This document shows positions 53,444-64,000 of a DNA stretch of 64,000 nt, piece after piece. Source of the DNA: Phoronis australis (Eukaryota; Animalia; Phoronida); NCBI GenBank assembly GCA_002633005.1, contig NMRA01000956.1:25000-88999 (forward strand), in the 5' to 3' direction. The notes beneath the pieces were generated by a model. It searched no databases, had not been told where the DNA came from, and was given only the letters and a program-made list of their open reading frames with translations. A program made the position numbers and the translations under genes. Each line of letters starts with the position of its first letter. The first letter of the stretch is position 1.

Positions 53444-56243
53444 GTAAGAAATAAGAAACTTCGTTACATTTTCAGAAATAATATTCTATGTTTGCTCATA
53501 GCCTCTCAATTTGACAAGCCGTAACACTTACATTTATTTAGTAGAGCTCAAATTATTAAAACTGCAATAGTTTTAAAATGACGACCTCTTTTCTCGTGAA
53601 AAAGGGCTTTGATCTTCTCTACATTCAAAGTGTGTCACAATAACTGTGTCTTTTACAAAACTGTGTATTTTAAAATGGGTTAGTCCAAAGCAAACACATT
53701 ATTTCTATTTCAAGGCGTAAAAGACGATGTTGGCGCACGAAGGTGGCTCGAGGAATCGGACAGTGATAGTTCGTCGACAATGAAAGACGCCGACTCCCAG
53801 ACGGGAGATGGGGAGTTGGTTTCGCCACCTATTGATAGAAACAGCAGTGATAGAGAGACGAAAAAGAAAAAGGCTCGCACCACGTTCACTGGGAGACAAA
53901 TATTTGAACTTGAAAAACAATTTGAAGTTAAGAAGTATTTGTCTTCTAGTGAACGTTCTGAGTTAGCGTCGTTGCTGAATGTGACGGAAACGCAGGTACT
54001 TAGACTTTGCACTCACGAACTTAACGACTTTTGGCTCTAGTCTTGAACCCAACGGAACATTTTTTGTCTTTGTTATTCAATAACGAAAGAAACAATTCAA
54101 AAATCTTTAAATTGCTTAAAATCACCAATTTCATCAATCACCAAAAAAACACCAGTTGACCAACTGTAAAATTAGAACACCTGCAAACACTATCTCACGA
54201 TACATGTGTCTTAAAGGCGAAGGTAACCTTTTTTTCATGTCATTTTGAGCTAAAATAAGGTTGGTTGGTTATCTTAGACATATTTTCCACTTAATTACAG
54301 CTTTTCGAAATTTTGTTAGTTACTCGTCCGCTACTCCGGAAGTGACATTTTAGGAGGCAAGCATTTCGCGCCAATTTCTTTTCATATAGTCTGACTGTGA
54401 GAGCTGCCGAGTCAGTCATTGTTCTACCTCGGTCGTGTTAAGTTACGTCGTCGTTTGCTTTCATTTACTAGTCAGTCAACATGCCACACTGTTGCTGCGT
54501 ACCGGGATGTACTAATTATCGTCTCACGCGCGCTTTGGGAGTACCTTAGCATCGCTTTCCAATGGATGACACACTTCGCCGTACTTGGCTCGTTCGTGTG
54601 AAGAACGCAGCGTTACCCGTCCACGCAACGTACAAAGCAGTCGAGAATTACCGTGTGTGTGACAAGCACTTTCTGCCGTCCGATTACGAAAGGGATTTGT
54701 ACGCTGAACTGATGAAGGTCCCTGCGAAACAACGCCTGAAGAAGGATGCCATTCCGTCTGTGTTGATTCCCGGCAGTGCCCCGTCGCCACCCCCGAGAAG
54801 TGCGTTTTTGAAGAGAGAAGCCTCGCGAGCTGTGGCCAGGACAGTGACTGGAGCCAGTGGAGGCACTTCATCCACTGTCACCCGTGCCTCCGAACGTACC
54901 CCAGAGCGTTTGATAAGTTTATTGTGGACTTGTCTAAAGTGTTGGAGCTATTTAGAAGGTGCCAGGTGTGGCGAGGGAGTCACACGACACNTGTCACTGT
55001 GATACGGGTCACCGACTCCAGCCATTTTCAGCTTACAACACACTAAACAATCCCTAAATCCAACATAGTTAAGTTCTCTACTAACCTATCTTGCCGCAGA
55101 ATACTCGCCGATGGAAAGTGGTGGCGACAATTGTTGAAAAACAGCACAAAACAAAAGTGGAATAGAACAGATTCGCACGGTAAACTCAACGCAAAACCAA
55201 GTGGCGGGAAACGCTTGCCTCCTAAAACGTCACTTCCGGAGTAGAGGACGAGTAGTTAATAAAATTACGAAAAACTGTAATTAAGTGGAAAATATGTCTA
55301 GGATAACCAACCAACCTTATTTTAGCTCAAAATGACATGAAAAAAGGTTGCCTTCGCCTTGCTGTTGGTTTTCCTGTGCTTTATGGTGTAATATGGAACA
55401 GCAGGGGCATTGTGTTTATTGTGATCACGACAACTTAAAGGAAATTTGACCACGCTGTGGCTCTGACCACGCTGTGGCTCTCTTATTTTCCCTCGGTACA
55501 CCCGAGAAGAGCGACTATGGCACATGTTTGTACAAGGAACGCGCATGTTGATGGACATGACACCTCGGACGTTGGATACGTTCATGCGTCACACTCATGG
55601 AGCTTAGAAACTTTCCACTGAGGTCGCTTTTCTTCTATTTTCTCGTTTTTGGGATATTGAATTGACGATTGTAATATGAAGTACTATAAAGGAAGATTTA
55701 ATGAGGCTGAAAAAACACGGTATATGGTGGTTTTAAGCACGCACGTTAAAGTGACAAATATATCGGACTTTTTTGCTGTACTAATTTCGCCGCCAGGTGG
55801 TGTGAGCTGCTCACATTTGAGAGGGGCGCCATCGGACATGAACTAGAGGAATTGTTGCAAGCGAATTCATTTCAGTGTTGATTTTAGCACATTTTATTTT
55901 TCACTGGTTTGAATTCCAGGTAAAAATTTGGTTTCAAAATCGACGAACGAAGTGGAAGAAGCAAGAAAACATTTCCAACATTGAAGCAGCGGAACATAAA
56001 ATTGGCGGGAAAAATCACGTGGATACGATGATTAAGGCAGTAACCGTGAAACGGAATGACGTCGATATGTCAGAGGTGGTATTTCATCCAAAAACTGATC
56101 ATTCTATGGATATAACGCGCCCAATGATTGACTCTGCATCTGAAATCAAGTCAACAGGAAATTTAGATCCAAAACAAAATGCGGACATTGGAGAAAACGC
56201 CCAAAGTTGTGATGGAAATGAAATCATAGATGTGTCTACCTGA
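53206..56243 (+). CDS. NK7: NK7 homeobox transcription factor (ANTP class, NKL subclass)
   Basis: Exons 53206(or ATG 53185)-53443, 53715-53995 and 55920-56243 join in frame. Homeodomain [44 protein letters not shown]|[16 protein letters not shown] is NK7-type; eh1 motif [10 protein letters not shown] is preceded by WHPHIY. Confidence 0.92.
53715..53995 (+). CDS. NK7: NK7 exon with the 5' part of the homeobox
   Basis: caag acceptor, phase 1; ends ETQ|gtact. Confidence 0.92.
54215..55359 (+). mobile_element. Kolobok-like DNA transposon (THAP domain, long TIRs) in the NK7 homeobox intron
   Basis: About 158 bp near-identical TIRs (54215-54372 / 55203-55359) beginning AGG after TTAA (54211-54214); THAP frame inside; N at 54991; the right flank lacks TTAA. 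Confidence 0.82.
54481..54990 (+). pseudogene. THAP zinc-finger N-terminus of a transposase with an in-frame stop
   Basis: [12 protein letters not shown]...VP*HRFP...W...RVCDKHF...[10 protein letters not shown] shows the C2CH ligands, FP, W and AVPT-like box; TAG at 54547-54549. Confidence 0.85.
55920..56243 (+). CDS. NK7: NK7 last exon ([17 protein letters not shown]...DVST*)
   Basis: ttccag acceptor; recognition helix; TGA at 56241-56243. Confidence 0.93.
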   Translation, partial: VKIWFQNRRTKWKKQENISNIEAAEHKIGGKNHVDTMIKAVTVKRNDVDMSEVVFHPKTDHSMDITRPMIDSASEIKSTGNLDPKQNADIGENAQSCDGNEIIDVST

Positions 56244-57422
56244 ATGTGTGTATGCCTATGTTGTCATACGATTTTCAAATATATTATTTTTATTCAGAAT
56301 CTATATGAATATTAATACTAAACCTACATACTAACATTACACTTAAATTATAATGATATTAGTAGGTGCGGGAGTTTTCTGAAGAGTCAATTCAAAACAT
56401 TCAACACCGGAGAAACTTTTCAGCCCGCTTTTCGTTAACGTTGTTCACTTTTCCTGTGGCTTAGCACTTGTGTGTTTAGCATACATGCGCGCTTCTAGGT
56501 AGCGCTCGAACGAGCCCCCACAAAGGCCCGCTTCAGAGAAACGAAAACTCCGAAAAAATGTAGAAAACGAGAGTCAAAAGTCAAAAGTCCACTAAAAAGA
56601 GAGGAGCTACTAAAATTCGGCAAATGCACAATTCACAACTCAGAACTAACTCCGTGAATCTTAATAAAAAGTCCACACTGTCTCTTAAAAACTCGAGCTC
56701 CCCATTTTTAGGCTGGGTGGACGCATTAGCAATATACTTACATGTATAGCCGTACTGAGGATACCCGAGAAAGTCAAACTTCATGCGAAATTCTGCTTAC
56801 TACATCATGACTGATTATATTTCTAAGAAAACGAAATTTTGTTTCATGCTTCTCTGTGGCCCTCTCTGCTAATGAGATCAAATGCTTCAGCATTGACAGA
56901 ATTGTAAACAGTAATGTTTGTTGCCTCACCCTTAACAAAGCGGCAATTTCAGTACAAAACAACATAATATTCAAGGGAATTAATTGTAAATCTAAAGAAG
57001 ATTCCTACTAACAGAACAAGTATTATAAAACAACAATTTGCTTCATCAAATTAACTATATATGGCAAAATCGTACTACTGTAACCTTAGACATAGATTAG
57101 CTTATGATAGCCTTAAATCACCTTTCACTTCGTTTTCGTAGTTACATGAACGCGTAAATCAAACCCTGTGCAAGACTAAAATAACCTAGATGTGTTCGTC
57201 AATTACATGGTTCCTCAGTATAACTCTTAAAGGCAGGTGCACACGGCGCATTTTGAGTGAACTGCCGATGAAACCCGTTTTACATAATACGACTATTTAG
57301 GCATGAGATTTCATTGAAATTTCATTTCTTGAAAGACGCAGATGATGAACTTTTGAAAGCCGAGATCGCACACGACTTATACACGTACAGTACAGATCTG
57401 TAGTGAGAGGTCCAATGAGCTA

Positions 57423-57424
57423 TA

Positions 57425-57468
<44 letters not shown>

Positions 57469-57486
57469 CGTTTGTGTGTGTTTGTG
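57423..57486. repeat. (TA)/(TG)n/(CG)n alternating purine-pyrimidine microsatellite
   Basis: Direct reading. Confidence 0.92.
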
Positions 57487-58978
57487 TACTTCACGGTGCA
57501 GCTTCAGTGACATCAGAGGGGCGTTAGCCAATATAAAATTGCATTGGAAAAACATTTTTTTTTTACAAAAGTGCTGATTACAAAAGATGTGATTTCTGAT
57601 ATAAACTTTATCCATAGACTAAATTTTATTGAAAATGCATGTTTTGTACTTCATGAAAATTTAGGTAGATAGTCGCTTTGCAAATAAACTCTGCGTTCAG
57701 CACTTCGCCTAAGACGAAATTACATGTTCTCGATCAAGTTGTTTCTCACGGGTCTTGAAAACATGTCCTGTAGAGACAGCCAGACAAAATACCTCATCAG
57801 CCGCATACATGTACAAGCCGTGAACCGACCATACTGCCGAGCTGTTCTTTAGTAGCCTTATTTATTACTTACAGTATATTTGTATATTTGTATTAAGGAA
57901 CTTGTACCATTCAAGGTGAAAATGGTCAGAGTTTTTTAAATCTTAATTAGTGTTTTTAAATACTAAAAAACAGTATTGCGCATAAAGTTAAAATCTATGA
58001 CTTTGTGGATATTTGGTTAAGTACACTGGTCGCAGACACAGCCAGAAATTAGCGATTTGCAATTAAATCACACAAAACATAACATATTTTGTTGGGTTAT
58101 AGCGTAGCTCTGCTCAAAGCTAATACCGTCACTTAAAAAAATTGTACCTATCAGATAATTACCTTATACGTTTTTCTGCCGTAAAACGGTAGTGTCGATT
58201 TAATACTGGTCGTTCGGGTCGCATTATGCGTATACTCAAATTTGGCAACATGGTATGCCTATATAAAGTCTTACTTTCAGATTTAATGGGATCAAATTTA
58301 ACTTGTCTTAAAAACCCTACGAAGGAACTAGATTTATGGAGATAACTCGTGCAAAAAGATAATAATTGTGGGTGACTGTTTTCGAGTACACGCTCAAGAT
58401 GAATGAGCATTTTCATTTTCAGGCAGTGCACTTCGTCAAAACACTGTCGATTTTACCCGGGTTTTATGACTGCCAAGACGGTTTTATGACTGCCAAGACG
58501 GATAATATCAGCAGCATCAAAACGGAAAGAATTGCAATGTATGATGTCGCTTAGAAAAGATGGACTGATACCCAGCAAAAGGTAATACATTTTTGATAGG
58601 GAAAGCCACAGTTTCTTGTAAATTGTCAATAAGCATTCCACCAAATGTCCCACATTATAAGTACATCGGGGTACTGTTGGTTGCACGCACGGCGAAAATC
58701 CTGTTCTTGACTTGCAAGGTATAATGCTACCTGACACTGCACAATATCACGTGTTGAGTGAAAGCATGTCCCAACGTCTTGAAGACCCGCTTAAGGTCCC
58801 CTAAACACTTTTTAAAGTACATTTAGAAGATCTGAGTAAACTATGTTCAAAGCACTTAAGCATAATGTTATTTGTCGCACTTTGTTACACGTCACCCTTT
58901 TGACAGACAGTTGTGTAAAACATGTAGTTGGTTTTTAGTCGCGTTCAAAAATTTCAGATCTGACAGTATGAAAAAATA

Positions 58979-59090
58979 AAAAAGAAATAAAAACCAGCAA
59001 ATGTTTGGCCTACTTAGCCACATTCGGACTATAAAAAAAGAAATAAAAACCAGCAAATGTTTTGCCTAGTTAGCCACATTCAGACTATAA
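58979..59090. repeat. 56 bp tandem duplication
   Basis: gaaataaaaaccagcaaatgttt at 58984 and 59040. Confidence 0.85.
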
Positions 59091-60599
59091 CAAAACTTAT
59101 GTCCGTATATGCATATGGAGAAACGTTGGTCTTGATAGCGCCAAAGTCTCCAATGACAACTAACACTAACATTGTCTGAACTTATTAATGGTTCATCAAA
59201 TTTGCTTATGACAACTACGAAAATAAAAGCCTAACTTACTGTTTTGTTGTACCACAAACGTAAAAATCTAGCTATAGAGAACATACCCCTGCTTATTGCA
59301 TTCGACTAGCTCCTCACATTATGTGGGGTACGACAAACACATACATTTATAAACTTTTTGGAAATGTTTGACTTTTTAACTGTGCCAGTCTTTCTATTGT
59401 TGATATTCTGTTGCAGCTTTTCTCACCTTTTTCTTGAGACAACTACGTGTCACGCAAATTCAACCCACTAGCGTAGAAATCTGCGCTTGCCAACTGATTT
59501 TTCTCACGGCTTAGACATTTTTGAAAAAATGTCTGCATCCATTCTCGAGACATGGAAATCTAATTCAAGCAATTAGCAGCTACGGTCTATAGAAAGCGGA
59601 AAAATAAGGTGGCTTTCACTTACAGCGATTATTTACCATATAAAAACACTAAGCACGTAGTCAAATAATCTCCACTTTGCGGCAATAGATCTCTTCATCG
59701 ATCTGGACTCATATAAGTTACATCTTTGAAAAAAATGTAATGCCTAACTGAGCTAAATGTATGTAAAAGGCAGGGCACGTGCAGGGTGAAACGTGAGACT
59801 TTGTAGAACAATTCATGATTCTAAAAAGTAGTTAACCAGAAAAAATCATTGGCATACTCGACTGTAACCAAGGCCATGCACCGGTATTCCATAGGTTGAC
59901 ATGCCAGGGGCGATTACGGTCAAGGAGGAAAACCCCCAAGGTCTATTTCAGCTACCATTACACAACCGCTTATACTTTTGTCCTTTGATTAATTGGCTGA
60001 AACGCGGCAGTACGACAACTTCCGATCCGCCCTCTAACACAGCGCCACCTATACTGAAAAGTGGCCCTGTGGAAACACAGAATTCCGTGTGTGAATATCA
60101 ATGCGCATGCCTTGGTCGGAAGTATACCAACTTTCACACGCCTTTATGCCCTGTACTTGTTTGGTTTACTTCGATCACTGCCCGTTTTAAGAAAATACAA
60201 TTACTCACGGCAAAATTACGAGTCGCCATCATATGTGGTAACTGTAAACAGAGAGATTTCCCAATTTCAACCAATGGGAATGACTAAATGTTATGACGTC
60301 GGTTTCATTAATCTAATCAATGAGAAGCCATGTTAAACAAAACAGGACTGTGCTACCTGGCACTGTGAAAGAGTGTACTTCCGATGTAGCGTAAAATTGC
60401 CCGAAGCAGAAAATCTTTGTGCGGAAGTATCACTGACTGATTCGGGCGCCAGATGCACGCCCAGCTATTTGCGATCAGACCAGAGAGACGCTGACCAAGA
60501 AGCGAGTAGAGGATGCAAATATAACAAAACAACAAGAACAAGATAATATAATAAGAGGCGAAACAATCAGAGAAAATAATCATCAGTGGTCGTATATTA

Positions 60600-60750
60600 A
60601 AACAGATATAGACCGATCCCTCACACATATCAGGTCAACATTGCCACGGTCCTCGGTCGTAGACTGGCCATGGATAATATTGCTGTGGGACTAGGTCCGA
60701 AAGATCATGCATGACCTGATATTACCACAGGGGTCGATCCGTATTTGTAT
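60600..60750. mobile_element. Degenerate palindromic MITE
   Basis: gaccgatccct...atatcaggtca versus tgacctgatat...aggggtcgatc, with a weaker inner inverted pair. Confidence 0.5.
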
Positions 60751-62057
60751 CATACTATTAAAAAGCAATTACCAGAGGGCTAACCCTTCAGAAGAATTAA
60801 GATAGAAATCGTAGGAATTGTGATCGCCGCTGTGCCCTTTGTGCAGTCTATGATCGGAAGCCACAATTGTATACCGTTCGACCATTGATCTGTATAATAG
60901 ACTTCACAGAATGACACTAACACGCGACTATTGATGGGCGCGCAGTCAGTACCAGACCGCCGATGATGATGAAAGCGAAAGCACCGACAAAGTGCCGATC
61001 TAACAGTAATCGACGGGTTTGGCCAATGCCCTACAGGCTGAACTCATCAACTTAGCTGTATTGCTATTACTTGCCAGCTCACTTCACATTTGCTGAATAA
61101 AGGTTTTAACTTAGCAAAGAAACTATATAGCAGACCAACGCCAAGAGACAATTTACAGAAATTATCTGAACAATTTTTGCTCTGAAGGAAGATTTTTAAA
61201 TAAAACTATTTTTCAAAAGTAATTCAATGGAGCTTAAAAACAAATTACTCACTCGAGTCTTAAGAGTGCAAAAGACACTTCTCATTGGACTTGTCACATT
61301 TTCTTCACTCTGTAGAAAACCGTATGCGAAGAATGAAATGCTTACAGATGAGCACATAACTTTTTGTGGCTTGTATTTCTGGCCTCATCACTACCGATGA
61401 AAAGCAAGGTAGGCAAGAACGAAGTATAAAAACATAAAAAATCGACACTTTTTAACCCAAATCACCACTTCCACACTGATGCATCCATGACATAAGCCAA
61501 CATTGGATTCTGAAGGAAAATTTCCAACAGATTCCCAAATTGTGGTCTAAAAGTACTGTCACTAACTCGTATTTTTGCAATTCTTGCTTATTTGAAGGCT
61601 ACTTCAGTAGCTGCCCAGCTAAGCACACATGTAACATGGGGCCGTCATCTTGAGGAAGAGTGAAGCTACAGCCAAGTGCCAGTATTTTATCATTCTCAAA
61701 GTCTTCAAAAGTACGAACACATAGCATTGACTGAGCCTACCTAAAACTGCCCCCCAGCCTGACCTACCCCTAGATTTTAATATTTTTGCATCGTAAATAG
61801 GCTGTTCAGCGCCACCTAAGTTACTTTTCATGCAAGAGACCCCTGGGATTTGGTAAGGCGGCTGTATCTTGAATTTTTATTGGCACACGTCATTAACGTG
61901 TGGTTTATGAAGGCGGGCGTTCACAAATCAAACAAACTAGTGTCTCTTATGTTACTGTTGCACTTTAAATTGATTTACATTACATTTATTTAGATGGCTT
62001 CTAATTTAATTAACAATCAATTAACAAACGAAAGGTTTCATTATCACACGTGTCAGG

Positions 62058-62185
62058 TATGTATATATGTATGAATATATATATATATNNNNNNNNNNNN
62101 NNNNNNNNNNNNNNNNNNNNNNNNNNNNNNNNNNNNNNNNNNNNNNNNNNNNNNNNNNNNNNNNNNNNNNNNNNNNNNNNNNNNN

Positions 62186-62224
<39 letters not shown>
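62058..62224. repeat. (TA)n and (TG)n microsatellites flanking an assembly gap
   Basis: An N run at about 62089-62184 lies between TA and TG repeats. Confidence 0.92.
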
Positions 62225-62227
<3 letters not shown>

Positions 62228-64000
62228 ATATTTGAAGTGGCTGTATTTCGGGAGCAAGTTTTCCGGTAAGCAATATAGGTTGAATACACGACACTTATTG
62301 TTATTAACAGCTTTCGTTCAAATGTCAAAGCAATGTTATATTGGTCAAACGGCTTTCTGTCTTTCCCGTCGGTTACCTGTGCATCTTCAAAATGGCGCCA
62401 TCCAAGAAAATTTTCTGCAATATCACGAACGTAAAATCACCCGTCAAGAAATTGCGGAAAAATCGGCAATTCGGCACGATGTGCTGCGATTGAAAGCATT
62501 GAGTCAGCTTTGATTGCATGAGAGAAGCCTATTTCGCATTGGCAGCAAACAGGGTCACGCCGCACAGTACAACGGCTGTATCCCTTAGTCATTTCACAAT
62601 TTAGATTACGAATTAAGAGTGACTCTATATAAAGAGTCTATACCCAAAATTACAGATTTTTGAGACTTTACACATCAGCTTGGTTTGGTGAGATGTAGCA
62701 AAGTCTCGCTTTGAAAGAATTTTCACTCATTATTTCTGTTTTTATGACCTGTATCTCCATTTTGCAACAAAATTGGGCGCCGAAGTGGACATATTTGAAT
62801 GCATTTTACTAGCATATATAGTAAGCTGATAACAAATGAGTGATACGGTTTGAAGGACTATGATTGAATAATTTGATGGCTCAACTACTAAAATTCATTT
62901 TCAAGTTCGTCTGCTTTGGTTTTGCGATGCAAAACGGCTATTTTGAAGGTTTTCACTGAAGCCATTTTCGGCCAACTTTGGCACTCTGTAGCAGCCATAT
63001 TGCACCTCTTCAAAATTGACCTGATAATAATTTGTTCAGTCATTCCTAACCTGTTCATAATATAAAATAAAAATCTTTCCTCTCCCGTAGTTTCTGCTAA
63101 CGAAGCATTACACGAACTGCACTTGGTCCTATTTGCCTTTTCTCAGTTGCCTCAACTACCAATAGGGGACTCTTGGAACATGTAATTAGCTTGCAGAAGA
63201 CGACATGAATAGCTTGTATCTTAGAGAAAAAGCAGACAGCATTACTAAATACGATTTCCTGAAAACCACACTGATGATTATTGCTTATTACGAAAAAATA
63301 AGTACATAAATTATGACTGGCATGAGTGCTTATATATGGTGTCGCTGTTTGTGTCCATGGAGACTGTGGACGCGACTTGATGCCGAATCTGCCATGCTCG
63401 TTTTTATCTTCGTTGTGAGAGCCCATTACAGCTTTCTGTCGTTCAGTAACTTTTCCAGACGTGAGGGGTGCTGAACGTGCGATAAAATCTGGCTCTTTTG
63501 TTAACTGCCCAGCTCAGTCTTTTGTCTTTTCGATAACAAGCAGACCAATTATCTCCCAGGCTTCAATGGAAACGTATGGTGGTTGCACGCTATTACCGAA
63601 CGCGTATGAACACAGTAAAACCCAGTGCGTCCGTTTGGACAGAATAGATTGCCATAACTTCTGTTGTAGTTGGGCGATTTTGGCGATTTAAAAACGGACC
63701 ATGATCAGCATTTGACGAAGAATCCAGAAATGCTATTAGTTTAAGCTCAAATATGTTATAACTTAACTTTCATTTTTATCAGCCCAGCCCTGTCAGTCTA
63801 GATACGATCAGATCGGAGATTAGAGCAATTATCGAACAAAAGAGCGCAGGCCCTCCAACCATAAATGCCAGAATGGAGTTAATTAGTCGTGTAAGATATT
63901 GGCTACGGGGGTAAACTTCCCAACTTGTTGCATAACGCGAAGTTGTCGTGAGGACTCGATTGGGACCTCAGGGGTCTCACGCTCCACCGGCTAAATTGAA

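Noticed and set aside
54562-55002. THAP ORF as a domesticated host gene
   Set aside because: Enclosed by long TIRs and interrupted by a stop within the zinc finger.
57228-57260. ttaaaggcaggtgcac as the left end of another Kolobok-like element
   Set aside because: No matching inverted right end found in the window.
62010-62513. ORFs with HT/CV repeats and X runs
   Set aside because: Microsatellite and gap artefacts.

Overview
AT-rich animal genomic DNA, probably from an invertebrate bilaterian because it carries an NK7 gene. The window holds two spliced protein-coding genes pointing away from each other. (1) A complete meiotic cohesin kleisin gene, REC8-like, on the minus strand: 16 coding exons from 25433 down to 2117, 593 aa when spliced by hand, with all intron phases consistent. 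(2) An NK7-class homeobox gene on the plus strand: core exons 53206-56243, with a possible first coding exon at 41502-41597. The rest is intronic or intergenic DNA rich in MITEs, Helentron-derived (HINE/DINE-1-like) elements, a decayed LINE and several minisatellites. Most notable: a 2.2 kb HINE-like element in REC8 intron 2 whose internal repeats each carry a co-oriented CTCF-like motif; a Kolobok-like THAP transposon with about 158 bp TIRs containing ETS and E2F motifs inside the NK7 homeobox intron; and a 29 bp minisatellite amplified from the reverse-transcriptase region of a LINE. All calls come from reading the sequence by eye; no searches were run.
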